From contig NC_069003.1 in the NCBI RefSeq assembly GCF_001194135.2, positions 35,389,723-35,450,642 of the forward strand: a DNA stretch of 60,920 bases, given 5' to 3'. Under the pieces are notes generated by a model. It did no database searches. It was not told the DNA's origin and saw only the letters and a program-made list of their open reading frames with translations. Positions 1 to 14,917 of this stretch are shown piece by piece. How positions within the stretch are numbered: position 1 is the stretch's first letter; every line of letters begins with the position of its first letter. Source of the stretch: Octopus bimaculoides. Its lineage: Eukaryota. A program made the translations under genes and the position numbers.

Positions 1-47
<47 letters not shown>

Positions 48-292
48 TTGTATGTATACATATATGTGTATGTATAAAATGTGTGTGTATGTGTTACTTA
101 AGGTTGTGGCTTGTATTGTCATGTGTGTTTATGAATGTTACTGTTGTTCCTGTTGTAACAATTATAAATATAATTATTATCTTTATGACCATCGCCATCA
201 TCATCATTAATATTTTATACATCATCATCATCATCATCATTCGTATTATTTATATTCTTTATTAATTGACATATAGTAATTATCTACCATGG

Positions 293-329
<37 letters not shown>

Positions 330-727
330 GATTATCCTTTGGCTCCAATTATTTTTTATCATTACAGGATTATAAATATTATTAATATTATTATGGTTAA
401 TATTATTATTGTAATTGTATTTCGTACTCACCCGAAGATCGGCACGAGAGGCAACAGGTATAAGGCGAACAGATTCATCTTCCATGCTGGGAAAGAGAGT
501 GTTTTACTCTGTTTGTATGTGTGTGTGTATGTGTGTGCTGGCTGCAGTTGCCTGTATATTTATTGGTATGTGTGTGTGTGTGTGTTAGAAAGGGAATCGT
601 GAAGAAGACGAAGATAAAACGTAAGAGAGAGGAAGAACTAGACCAAGACGTTAACAAAAGAATATCAGGGGAAAGAACCCGCCCCCGTCTGAAGACAACA
701 AAAACAAAACGAGTCGGGAGAACCCGT

Positions 728-775
<48 letters not shown>

Positions 776-847
776 TATATACATACATGAAAATGTATAC
801 ATACATATGCCTATATAATATATATATATATAGACATATACACACAT

Positions 848-880
<33 letters not shown>

Positions 881-881
881 A

Positions 882-915
<34 letters not shown>

Positions 916-1116
916 GTGTGTATTTATACATATGTATATATACGTGTATATATTTGTATGTTTATATGTATACGTACAAACACACACACACACACTCACA
1001 CACACACACACATACTGGTGTGTATAAAGGGTGTTTGATCGGCTCTGGACGTCCGGGATTCTCTCCTATTTCCAATTCTCTCTAACTTCCACACTCACCT
1101 CTGCATCCATAACCAC

Positions 1117-1158
<42 letters not shown>

Positions 1159-1289
1159 ACACACACACACAATTCGTGCATGTACTTGTATGTGTTACTG
1201 TACTTTTCTTTCTGTCCTTTTCCAGTTTCTCTCTCGTTATCCTTTGTACTTTCTTCATCTCTTCCTTCCCTCTCTCACCATGTATCATC

Positions 1290-1343
<54 letters not shown>

Positions 1344-2171
1344 ACCACATTCTCCCATCCTATCCTTGTTTTCCTCATCTTTTCTCTCTTTCCCTTTCTC
1401 TTTCTGTCTCTCTCACCTTTCTCCCTCCCCCCTCTCACTCACACCCATTTGAGCTCCTAAAAATTCCAGAGGTGTCGCTTGATAGTAGGGAGGGTGTATG
1501 CCTGCCAGAGAGGTTTTCTTAGCCCTGCCCCTGTGTATGTGGACGGGTCACNNNNNNNNNNNNNNNNNNNNNNNNNNNNNNNNNNNNNNNNNNNNNNNNN
1601 NNNNNNNNNNNNNNNNNNNNNNNNNNNNNNNNNNNNNNNNNNNNNNNNNNNNNNNNNNNNNNNNNNNNNNNNNNNNNNNNNNNNNNNNNNNNNNNGGGTG
1701 ATGCTCCTGTTGCTCCTTTCACAGTTGCCGTTGTTGTTGTGGCGCTAGTAATGGTCGTGGTGGTGCTTCTTGTGGCTTGTGGTGGTTGGCGTGTGGAGGT
1801 TGGGATGTGGGTGGCATGGGTGGGGGGAATGATGGTGGCAGTTTCAGTGATGGTAACTGCGGTGGTAGCAGCAGTTATAATAATAATGACAATGATCATG
1901 ACGATATGATGATGATGATGATGATGATGATAATGATGATGATGTGGATAGTGATACTACTTGTACTATTACTACTACGACTACACACTCACCTCTACCC
2001 CTGCACACCTCCACAACCCCACATCCCCACCGCATCGGTATTTCCACTCCTTCCTACCATCACCCCACTCAAATTCCCTAAATATTAATGTTTGTGTATG
2101 TGCTTACTTGTACAAACACTCACGTACACACACACACATATATATGTGTATATATACATACATATAATATA

Positions 2172-2230
<59 letters not shown>

Positions 2231-2350
2231 NNNNNNNNNNNNNNNNNNNNNNNNNNNNNNNNNNNNNNNNNNNNNNNNNNNNNNNNNNNNNNNNNNNNNN
2301 NNNNNNNNNNNNNNNNNNNNNNNNNNNNNNNNNNNNNNNNNNNNNNNNNN

Positions 2351-2401
<51 letters not shown>

Positions 2402-2939
2402 CATATTTATAAATATATATAAATATATGAACACACACTGTCTTACTCCTTTACCTGTTTTATCCAACAAGCTATGGCTATCGTGGGGCATCGCCAGTAA
2501 GAAAAGGAAGAAGAAAGCGTCTAAACAGACCATTTCGCAATTTGTTGACCGCTCCTCAAAGAACACACACACACTCACAGAGGCGAAAACGCACACAATA
2601 GTATCTTCAAGGCCATTAAAACGAACGTCATTAACCCATCCGCCCCCACTCCTTGGTCAATCACTGTTCCTGCAAACATCTCTTACCATTCTAATGTTGT
2701 CCATAGTTGTAGCCTTCATTGCTACACCTTTACTCTATTCACGACAATACCGTTCTAGTTCGACTTGCCCCAATCACCATCAACACCTTTACCAAAATGC
2801 ATTATCGTAATTTATTTATATTTACTGTGGCAAAGTTTCATGGACTGCTTTATAGTTTGGTTACATTTCCTTCTTATTGTTTTTCAGACTTTAAATCATA
2901 TATTCTGTGACATATCTAAGTCATATATCTAATTTAGGT

Positions 2940-3450
2940 TGAAAGCCAGTAAGTTTGAGAGGAAGACGAAAGTCAGTTACGTCACTCCTAGATCCCGAAG
3001 ACAAGGTTGACCTCGGCGTGATTTGAAATCAGAACACAAGAAACCAGAAGACATCACAAAACATATTTCCAACAATCCAACAATTCTGTCAAGTGAATAT
3101 AATTGAATCAAATCAATCTCTTCTTTGACTGTCCAATCTTTAATCTTTATCCATTCGATTTATTTAATCTCCATTTTATTCTTTCTTTTTTAATCCGTTA
3201 AAATCCAATATGTCGCTCGTTTTCATCCATTCACTGTCACATGCTCTCTGAACATGTCTAACCAAAGTCCATTTCAATGACTTCATTAATTGTTCAATGT
3301 TATTAATTTTGTTTGTTTACATGAAGAATACTGACATGTCCATGAATGAGATCAGAAATCTCAGACGGAATTTGAACTCAGAACGTACTGAACCGGAACT
3401 GGCAAAACATTGTTTCCGACACTAAAAGTTCTGTCAATACACCAACCTGG
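2940..3450 (-). mobile_element. Two degenerate SINE family A fragments
   Basis: gttgacctcggcgtgatttgaaatcagaac (about 3007-3036) and cggaatttgaactcagaacgt (about 3366-3386). Similar degenerate pieces at about 11575-11670 (+), 14062-14170 (+), 27310-27515 (-), 50590-50720 (+), 58733-58765 (-). Confidence 0.6.
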
Positions 3451-4025
3451 GTTGGTATATCATTCATTCGTCTTTCCTCTAAAGGGCGAAAGAAGACAAA
3501 ACTAACATCGGTGAGATGACTTTGCAAAACCTAGAAAACCCGATGAAATATTGCGAAGCTGTTTGTTCGAAGCGTCAAAGAACGACAATATTTTTAATGA
3601 CTCTGATTTCACCAGATGATGGGAAATGCGTTTCAAGAACTTTTTTTCCAGTTTATCGTACTTTGATACGAAAAATGTCCACAACTTCTTGTTTCAATAA
3701 ACCACTATTGTCTCTGAAAGTTGTTTATTTATATTTACTACGGATTGCTTGAAGCTAACTTTCTTCCTACACCTTGATCCTTGGATCTTATACACACGCA
3801 CACACACACACACGCACACGCACGCACACACTCACACACACACACACGCACACGCACGCACACACTCACACACACACACACGCACACACACACACACACA
3901 CACATATGTATATATATATGCATATATGTATATTTGTACTATTTCATGTTCTTATTGTCCCTTTCCTTGTCTCCTTTTACTGAACAACTTCAGTAAGAAA
4001 TGCTTTTTAAAAGTCAAGAGCAAAG

Positions 4026-4079
<54 letters not shown>

Positions 4080-4110
4080 GCAACAGCAACAGCAGCAACA
4101 AGACCAACAA
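4026..4110. repeat. (CAA)n grading into (CAG)n
   Basis: Directly visible; source of the poly-N and poly-C pseudo-ORFs. Confidence 0.95.
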
Positions 4111-4439
4111 ATACAACAAACAATACAAGTGTTAAAGTGACTGAACAATAATGAAGACTGCAATAATGTAGCTTTTATAGGAATGTAGTGTGGGAGTGGA
4201 GGGAGAGGTGGGGTGGAGTGGTGAGTTTGGCTGCTTTGGTCAGGTTTAATCCGTTGAAGTCGAAGGGACTTAATCCACCGGATGTTGAACAGATCTGTGT
4301 TTGGTGTAAAGACTAAACTGCCGTTGGAACAAATAGCATCCTGAATACCTGATGGCATTTATCCTGTACTATTGCTTTGTACATGTATATATTAGTCAGT
4401 GTATAGACGTGCATATACGCACATATATACATACTACAC

Positions 4440-4477
<38 letters not shown>

Positions 4478-4487
4478 NNNNNNNNNN

Positions 4488-4528
<41 letters not shown>

Positions 4529-6048
4529 TACATATGCGTATAAATCTATGTATAAATATATAGATACATACATACGTACATGTATATATGTATGAATATG
4601 GATGTATATGTATGTGTGTGCATGTGCGTATGTATGTGTATGTATGTGTGTAGTGTTGCGTGGGATATATGTATAAATGTATAAACGTAAATATCTACGA
4701 ATGTGTTCATGTGTTCTTATATATACGTGTCTGTGTCTGTTTGTGTATGTATTCACACACACATACACACATACGCACACACACACACGCACACACACAA
4801 ATGTATATACACTTTGTCGTCATTACCACAAATTTTCATTCTATAAATTTCGGAAAATGTGATAGTTTTATCGTCAATACAATTGTTGTTATTTCAGTTT
4901 ATGAGATAAGATGTTGTTTATCTAAATCCAATCATATCATGTTCCCGAAGGATAGTCATCCATATCCCCCATACACCCATATCTCTTGCTCATCAATAGA
5001 TGTTGAAGATCCATCTGTTAGCTCACATATGAGATATTATCTGCTACTGGTGGTCATGTAAGCAAGCGTTAGCTGTTCCAAGGTCGGTCCTTTTGGCAGC
5101 TAAGCCGGCAAATCCCCTGAGGGGTCGCACCCTGGTGTGTGGAGCCTTGTTAGACAATCTAAGAACCTAACAATACCTGTTTACAAGGATGGATGAACAT
5201 AATAAGATGACGGCAGCCAACCACTAAAACCTGCAAATGGACCGGGTTCCCATCAAGCTTTTGAGTATAACATTGTCGACTCTTGGTGCACTCACTGCAC
5301 CCGGTCGTCTCTCTCAGGCTTAGAAGTGGTCTTATCTTACCGCTAACCTAGGATGATCCGAACGAGAGAAGTCCCTTGATAAGTGTGAGGACCACCCATG
5401 GTGGCTTAAATTTCTCTTGACTAAGATTATCGTCGTCCCATCGTTTCATATTGTCGGAAACGAAAAGCGCCTGCCACGTCTTGATCCATTAATGACTAAA
5501 ACAAGGTTAAGTTTGTAGTTTATGTACACAGGCTGTAAATATCTCATCACTGGCTCTTAGATGTATTCTCTTCTTCTATTGTTTTTTTGACACATCGATC
5601 GTGGTTATAACTGCCACAAACAGACATGTCCTTAACTTGCTTTATAAGACAACAAATTCCTTCAGGTTATGTTTGAGTTTACGGCTAGTATTTTCTCCTA
5701 ATTTTCAGATTCCACAAAGAGTGCAGAGGCCAATCGGACTCAATGTATTCGTCCATATTGATATTTTTCTTGTGGATTTCTTTTTAAAAAATGTCCCAGC
5801 AACAACAATTTTATGCCTCAAATGAAACGGATATAATGCTATTTATGAAGTTATTACCTTTAACCTTCACTTATGCGGAATATTTTTGCTTTCATCCAGT
5901 CATTTCTTGTTGAGGTTTAGTTTTCCGCTGTTAAGATGAATAGAAACGAGGCTTCCCACTTAAGATGGTGTCGAAGGTCTTCGTTTATGAAAATAATGTA
6001 AATTTGGTGCATAATGCCGAAGTTGTGTGTGAGAGAGAGAGAGAGATA

Positions 6049-6122
<74 letters not shown>

Positions 6123-6881
6123 AAGAGAAAGAGAGAGATCGGGTTACTTTCCTTCTCTTTAGTAAAGAATATATGTCGTCTGCTTGCTTTGTTCAGTACC
6201 TTCAGCCTGGGTCTGGTTCTAGGTGGTAAACAGAGAGAAATAACAACAAACTTCAGTCCCTTTGTGTCTGTACATCATTAATGAGATGCAAAGTATCAAA
6301 ACCCTTGGGATACAATCAAAGAGAACACAATCACGTGATAAAATGTATTTTGATGGCAAGGGAGAGGTTTTAGCCACTATACAATGGTGCCATGTTCTGG
6401 CGTTTAGATAACTTTTCAATGCCTTTCAGACGCATATTGCTGCATGTGTTTCCCGCCTTCATTCAGGGGAATCAAATCTTAACCTCTTGAGTCTTTCCAA
6501 GCACCCAAAGTGCTGCATTGAGGCTATCTTCTTTGTTTAGCTTCGTTGAAAATGTTGGAGCTCCGCAATAAAATTTCCCAGGTTGCAGTAGAGAATACTT
6601 GCACAAGGTGCTGTAGACTGGGATATGCGACTTATCAGGAGGAAAGTTGGGTAAAAATAGAGATGGGGAGGAAGGCGATTAGCAGTTGATAACTGAACCA
6701 TCGAAATGCAGGGAGATGTGAATTCCTTGAGCGTCGAGAAGCAACCAATCATCAATAAGGAATCTATACAGAATTAAACAAAGCAAGTCAATATGAAATG
6801 ATGAGGAATATAAGGAAAATTTCTGATCTCTTGTGGAAATATATTCAGAGATGCACAAACATAAATAACCCTACGTATATG

Positions 6882-6964
<83 letters not shown>

Positions 6965-7733
6965 TCACACTCACAAACACACACACACATACATGAATAT
7001 ATGTATGTGCATGCATGTGTGAATATATATGTAAATATATTCTACATATTTACACACATAAATTAACAAAGAGAGAGAGAGAGGGAGGGAGCATGAGGTC
7101 CTGTACGACTTACATCTCATTGTATGTAAATAAATCAATCAATGTTTCTCTTTTTACCGTCTACTCGTTTTCTCACTGTACGTGCGTATGTGCATGTGTA
7201 TACACACACACACAAATGCACACACGTATGTATATATATGTGTGTCCGTGTGTGTATACACATAAATATATATGTTATGCATATGCACACACGCACATAT
7301 ATATTCTCACACATCGACTAAAGTAGATTGTTTTGTTTAAATTAAAGACATTTTGTTTGACAGATGCCAATGAATGTCCTTTTGAAGTTTCTGTACAATC
7401 TCTTTTTTTTTAATGCAAACGTCCGCATTATGCTCTCTGTCTCTCTGTCTCTCACTGTCTCTCTCTTTCTTTCAACCTTTCGCACTCTTCCTCTATCTCT
7501 ATTTCTCTCTATCTCTTCCACTCACTCTGTCTCTTTCTATCTTTTTCTGTCTCTCACTCCCTGTTTTTGTCTCGTAGTGTGTGGTCAGCCATTAGAGCTA
7601 TGAGTTTTATGATGTAATTAAACCAATTTGAGAGCATTGCATTGTGTGTGCATACATACACCAGACACACACACGCGCACACACACTCACACACACATGT
7701 ACGCATATATATGTATATGAATATATATGTATA

Positions 7734-7798
<65 letters not shown>

Positions 7799-8375
7799 NN
7801 NNNNNNNNNNNNNNNNNNNNNNNNNNNNNNNNNNNNNNNNNNNNNNNNNNNNNNNNNNNNNNNNNNNNNNNNNNNNNNNNNNNNNNNNNNNNNNNNNNNN
7901 NNNNNNNNNNNNNNNNNNNNNNNNNNNNNNNNNNNNNNNNNNNNNNNNNNNNNNNNNNNNNNNNNNNNNNNNNNNNNNNNNNNNNNNNNNNNNNNNNNNN
8001 NNNNNNNNNNNNNNNNNNNNNNNNNNNNNNNNNNNNNNNNNNNNNNNNNNNNNNNNNNNNNNNNNNNNNNNNNNNNNNNNNNNNNNNNNNNNNNNNNNNN
8101 NNNNNNNNNNNNNNNNNNNNNNNNNNNNNNNNNNNNNNNNNNNNNNNNNNNNNNNNNNNNNNNNNNNNNNNNNNNNNNNNNNNNNNNNNNNNNNNNNNNN
8201 NNNNNNNNNNNNNNNNNNNNNNNNNNNNNNNNNNNNNNNNNNNNNNNNNNNNNNNNNNNNNNNNNNNNNNNNNNNNNNNNNNNNNNNNNNNNNNNNNNNN
8301 NNNNNNNNNNNNNNNNNNNNNNNNNNNNNNNNNNNNNNNNNNNNNNNNNNNNNNNNNNNNNNNNNNNNNNNNNNN

Positions 8376-8407
<32 letters not shown>

Positions 8408-8669
8408 TACATACATATATATATATGTATATATGTATGTATGCATGTGTATATATACATGCATGTATGTATATATGTTTATATATAAGTATGTATGTAT
8501 ATATATATGTATGCTTATATATACATATACATATATACACACACATATGTATATAAATGTATGAATGTTTGTATGTATGCATGAATGTCTTCATATAACC
8601 CAAAACATGATTAGATTTCTAGAAGACATATATAAACACAATTATAAGAATATATATATATATACATAC

Positions 8670-8769
<100 letters not shown>

Positions 8770-10189
8770 GCTTTCATGCGAAATTAGCAAACTAAAGATA
8801 AAAGCGCAATTTAAAATATACTTGTTGATATAGATTTCTACTAACATAAACTGAGAAATAATGTAACCCATATATGTATCTCTCTCTCTCTCTCTCTGTT
8901 GTTCCCTTTTTGTCTGTCATTGTATGGTCATCCATAAGATTTATGAATTTTATGACGCAATAAAAATAAAGTATATGTATAAAATAGTGTCATAGCTGTA
9001 TGCAAATACGTTCGTACATGCGTGCATGTGTGTGTTTGTATATATATATATATACACATTTATGTATATCTATAAACATACACACATGTACATATATGAT
9101 GAACAGTGCAAAAGATGATTTGATATCTAAATAGTGTATGAAATTTGCGCAGTTATTTGAAAAGTAACAGCATATAAGAAGTGGCATCTAACAAAATGGT
9201 GTGTCTGAGTGGCTAATCTACCCCGTATATATATATATATATATATNNNNNNNNNNNNNNNNNNNNNNNNNNNNNNNNNNNNNNNNNNNNNNNNNNNNNN
9301 NNNNNNNNNNNNNNNNNNNNNNNNNNNNNNNNNNNNNNNNNNNNNNNNNNNNNNNNNNNNNNNNNTAGATATATATATATATATTATATTATATATATAT
9401 ACTTGTTTATCGTGTATGAAATTATAGAAGCCCCTGCACAAAGAATGGATGAAGAAAGTAATAAATAAAAGCGGCACAATTTCTTATTATAACTTGACAA
9501 ATGTCTATTAAGTGAGATAGAAAATATTTTGAGCGATGTTCATCTTGTTGTTATGGTGACCATCACTGAAATGTCACATTTTCTTGGTGACAGCCTTCAA
9601 CGAAAACTAAATAAAGAAAGAATGCGAAGCGAAAGGAGCCGATGTAGTTGAAATTATCAATGACAGTGGAATTAACTTTCTTAGTTAAAATGAGAGGAAA
9701 TGAGGGAGGGGAAAACATCATCTTTTTTCAATGGCTCGAAAAGTACAATAATTATACGAAGTACAATAATTAGGGAGCTGACAAAATCTTGAAAGGGGTC
9801 GTGAAGACAAAGTCGAAGTTGGGACGAAAAACGTTATACATTATCTATAATGGATCGAGTTTAATATATTTTAAAATACATGCAAATCATTGAATAGATT
9901 GGTTTAAACATAAACACACACAATAATTTAAAACAACGTACACGCACGCACACACACACGTACATTTATATAAAATTTCGTCTGGAAAGAGAGCTCATAG
10001 ATTTCCTACACTGGCACAATTATTGTAGCTGACTCTTCTACCTAGAAACTGGGCTTTACTGACTTTGTCTCACCACTCTGTACAGGGTCCAATTCCAGTA
10101 TTTTTTAATGGTCTTCAGGGGTCATAAGGACGTGTATATTAATGGTGATCTCCATAGAATCACATTTTGCTGAAAGTTAGAAAGTTACG

Positions 10190-10570
10190 TCTGCACTAGC
10201 CATTCTCTACAGCAAACTCGTCAATGGTAAACGACATCGAGGAACCCCAAAACGCAGATTCAAAGGCGAACTGAAGTCTTCTGTCCTTCAGACCAGTATC
10301 AGCCCAAACACCGGCGAAAGAGAAGCCGCTGAGTATTCATCTTGAGGAAGAGCAATTCATTTCGGCTGCTCCACTTTGAAGGGGAGGAGAAAGACTTAAG
10401 AAAAAGAAGCATAAAGAAGGTAACGCAAGGCCAAAACTACCACCCGGATTGCCATGCGATCAATGTCCCTGACTGCTTAATTCCCGACTCTTGGCATTCT
10501 GAGACATGTCAGATTTGGTCATCATGGAGGCCCCGGATGAGCCAAACTCGAGTGCTGAAGACGGTGACAT
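10190..10570 (+). mobile_element. RTE-clade LINE, decayed 3' fragment
   Basis: Frame reads ILYSKLVNGKRHRGTPKRRFKGELKSSVLQTSISPNTGEREAAEYSS*GRAIHFG. After frameshifts it reads PPGLPCDQCP*LLNSR and GILRHVRF. These match the post-RT segment and terminal C2H2-like finger of RTE ORFs. Stops and frameshifts present. Confidence 0.8.
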
Positions 10571-11157
10571 ATATATGCATGTATGTATGTATGTGATTTG
10601 AAAACAGAGGCCGATAAGACAAATATCATGTTCAAAAATAAATAAGGTGGATTATTGTTGACCAAACGTTTGAAAACGGTGCCTGCTCATGGTCGCTGTT
10701 CAATGATTGAAGCCAGTAAAAAAATGTGTGTGTGTGTGTATGTGCTTGTGTGTGTGTACGAGAAATCTCTGTGTGCGCGTGATTGTGAGAGTGAGTGAGA
10801 GAGGGAGGGAGGGAGAAAGACAGAGAATGAGTGTGTGTATGAAAAATCTATGTGCTTGCGTGTGAGCGTATGTGTGTGTGTGTGTAACAAGCTTACGTAG
10901 ATGTGTATGTGTGTATATATTTATCCGATTATGATGAAAATAAACTAGATTTATGATACAAAGTAAAGTTTATCTTTCTTCATCCAACATCACAGACATT
11001 TATGGTTGCTTGTTACTCTTCGTTGCTATTCTCCACTTGTGATATCTTTATTTTGCTATAACTATTTGTTCAGTTGTTATAACGGCAGGCGATCTTCAAA
11101 CATAACAGACGATCTTACAATTTTTCGCTGTCTTCTTCTTCTTCTTCTTCTTCTTCT

Positions 11158-11188
<31 letters not shown>

Positions 11189-11884
11189 TCTTAGATATAT
11201 ACATCATTTCGTCTGCTGTTTGTCTCCAATTCAACATTCATTGTTCTCTTTCAGATAACGCACACACACACACACATATATATTTTTTATTTTATTTTAT
11301 TCTATATATGTTTTTAATTAGATGTTTGGTGACTTTATCGTCTTTTCTCAGATTACCCAATAAAACAGCTTCAATTTATTGATATATCGTGTCTTACATT
11401 CGTTATTCAGCTTAGGCCTAGATTTCCTCTTCAATTTTATGGTTTTTTAATGCATCGCGGTATCACATTGAGAAGTAAAATTGGTTGAGGAGACAGACAG
11501 ATACTATAAATAAAACGGAAACGTTCTTGGTCAACTTTGCATCATAGATTTTTATTTCTGAGGCAGAGTGTCAGATGTATATGTTTCGTATTATTTAGTG
11601 ATGTAATTTTACGTTCTGAGTTCAAATCATTCCGGGGTTGATTATGCCTTACACTCTTCTAGTGTCAATAAAACAAGTCTAAGTGTTGTCTAGTAATTGG
11701 TAGAATCGTCTGTCTTCTTCTCTCCAGGTTTGTGGGCCTGTGTTTTATTTGAGATTATTATTACTAGAGCGGAGGAAAAGCAGCATTTAGTTACGTCACT
11801 TATAGTATAAATATTGGGCTCGATAAAATAAAGTACCAGCAAAGTCGATGTAATCTATTAAATTTTCTTATAATAATAATAATG

Positions 11885-11938
<54 letters not shown>

Positions 11939-11940
11939 TT

Positions 11941-12152
11941 AGAATAACCCTTGCTGTTACAGGCACAAGATTTGTTTTTTTGTGGAAGGGATAAGTCAAT
12001 TACATCGACCCCAGTACACAACTGGTACTTAATTCATCGATCCCGAAAGGATGCAAAGTAAAGTCGACTGCGGCGGCATTTGAACTTAGAGCATAAAGAC
12101 AGGCGAAATGCAGCTAAGCATTTTGTCTTGTGTGCTAACGATTCTGCCAGCT
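11941..12152 (-). mobile_element. tRNA-derived SINE family A
   Basis: Reverse complement gives A-box-like tggcagaatcg, B-box-like aagttcaaatgcc and the shared body gtcgacttt..tttgcatcctttcgggatcgat..gtaccag..ctggggtcgatgtaat. (AAT)n on both sides. Confidence 0.85.
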
Positions 12153-12171
12153 AATAATGATAATAATAATG

Positions 12172-12244
<73 letters not shown>

Positions 12245-12246
12245 TT

Positions 12247-12289
<43 letters not shown>

Positions 12290-12655
12290 CAGCAGCAGCA
12301 GGAGTAGCCATATGACAAGCAAGGAAACCAAAAGAAATGTTGAAGTGTAGAAGACATTGTAAACTTGTAGTCAGCTCTTCTGAATTGTGTAAAAGTCACA
12401 TGGTATTGAAACGCTGGTCTCTATAAAGTCGTTTGTTTAGTGAATCCAACCGGTGACCCCCACTTCCTAGATACTTTCTCTTTCTGTCTGTCTCTTCCTC
12501 ACGAACACACACACGCAAACACACGTCTCATAGTTTTTGTCTTAAAATTGTTCTTCATGTTGTTGTCGTTGTTTTCACGACATTTTACAGATTTTCCTGC
12601 CTGTTTATTGTTAATTTACATCCACTTCTCATGAAGAGCATCTAACTTCCTATAT

Positions 12656-12751
<96 letters not shown>

Positions 12752-13257
12752 TTATGTATGTATGTGTATTTGTGTGTGCATGCGTGTGTGCATGCGCGTA
12801 TGTATATAGTATATGTATGTATACGTATATACACTCACACCCATACCATATATAACGCTGACTTCTTTGATTCCATGCTCACTTATGTTGATGGTCACAC
12901 CAACAGTGAGATAAACACTTCTGATTAACCTATTCTTCTCCACAACTGGCAGCACCTCCTTCCCCATCGTCGATCCCACCACATCCCTTTAATACACCCC
13001 ACCCCCATCTCCTCCCGTCTTTACCCTCTCCACTTTGCGTTCCTTCAAACAGCCTCTGGCTTCTTTTAGATTATTCTTGCTAAACAATATGTTCAGTCAG
13101 GCCACACATGTGATATAATCTCTTCAGTGTGTTTTGGTCGGAAATCACAATGACGGTTCTTCAACGAATACGTGCCTTAGAAAAAAACAATAATAAATGA
13201 AATAATAATATATACAACAACAATAACAATAACAACGACAACAACAACAATAATGCA

Positions 13258-13474
13258 TTCAAATTTTGGCACAAGGCCGGCAAGTTCAGGGTAGGGGTGC
13301 TAGTCGAATACATCGACCCCAGTCCAGTACTCAACCGATACTTGTTTTATCGACCTCGAAAGGATGAATGGCAAAGTCGACTTCGGCGGAATTTGAACTC
13401 AGAACGTAAGGACGGACGAAATGCCACTAAGCATTTGGTCGAAAGTGCTAACGATTCTGCCAGCTCGTCGGCTT

Positions 13475-13475
<1 letters not shown>
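13258..13475 (-). mobile_element. tRNA-derived SINE family A, near full length
   Basis: Head aaagccgacgagctggcagaatcgttagcac and B-box gagttcaaattcc on the minus strand. (ATA)n at 13476-13531 abuts the head. Confidence 0.9.
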
Positions 13476-13531
<56 letters not shown>

Positions 13532-14001
13532 TTAGTCAAAATTCATGTCGGATCAGTGGAAATATTAGCAATGACAAACAGTAGTAAAAAATGAAAATAA
13601 TAATATCAGTGATGATAAAATATTAATGATGAAATGAAGCGGTTTGAATCTCCCCATGTCTTGACACGGGGAGAAAACCTTGGGTTCCCGCTTTTTACAG
13701 TTAATAGATTGACTGTGTAATTCACCAGAGAGGTGAAGCAGTCCACATCACCTCGCCCAGGTGAATCATGTGAACGTAATCGATATTCTTCGTATTCTCT
13801 CGTACATATACAAACTTTCTCTGTACGTGTGTATGTATGTGTGTGTGTGTGTGTGTATATGTATATATANNNNNNNNNNNNNNNNNNNNNNNNNNNNNNN
13901 NNNNNNNNNNNNNNNNNNNNNNNNNNNNNNNNNNNNNNNNNNNNNNNNNNNNNNNNNNNNNNNNNNNNNNNNNNNNNNNNNNNNNNNNNNNNNNNNNNNN
14001 N

Positions 14002-14063
<62 letters not shown>

Positions 14064-14395
14064 AGTGGCTGAGTGGTTAGAACGTCGAGGGTTCCTTTCC
14101 AGTATTCACTGCGGCTCTCTGCTCTGAGGTCAACATGTCTTCCATCCTTTCGGATCGATAAATAAATAACTATTCTTGTTGTGAGGCTGATTCTTCACTC
14201 TCTCTCCCTCTCTCTTTATTTCTATTTGTCGATCTCTTAGAAATCGACTGTGGTTAGAACTAAATTATCATGAGCTGCACTGGAACTAGAATGCCCAACA
14301 GATGTTCTGCGAATGTATGTGCATATATGCATGTGTGATTGCAATTGCATATATACATATATATATATATACATGTACAGGTAGGTATGTATATA

Positions 14396-14438
<43 letters not shown>

Positions 14439-14454
14439 TCACACATACATGCAT

Positions 14455-14488
<34 letters not shown>

Positions 14489-14853
14489 GCAGAGACATAC
14501 GCATATACACACGTCTGTATAGACAAAGAAGACACTTCCACCTAGAAACGCCATATCGCCATGCTCCAGTCATAGCTCAGGAATGCTGTTTCGCTGAATC
14601 TAACCAGAATGTTATTGTGTCACATTTGATATGTTTCCATTTACCGTTGATGAGTTCTATAACTCAGTGCAAATAATCACCATAATTCATTTTGAATACA
14701 TTCGCCTCCACACACACACACACACACACACACGTGTCTATGTATGTATGTATCTGTTTGTGTGTGTGCGTAGGTGCAGGAACTTCCAGCACTCTCTCAT
14801 GTGTGTGTGTGTGCGCGCGCTTATATACATACATGCATACATACACACATACT

Positions 14854-14917
<64 letters not shown>

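Noticed and set aside
6200-6760. Possible gypsy RT/RNaseH remnant on the minus strand
   Set aside because: Only faint motif resemblance across several frames; not supportable without an alignment.
13261-13475. tRNA genes at the A/B-box motifs
   Set aside because: The boxes are heads of multi-copy SINEs and continue into a shared non-tRNA body; I could not fold a complete cloverleaf.
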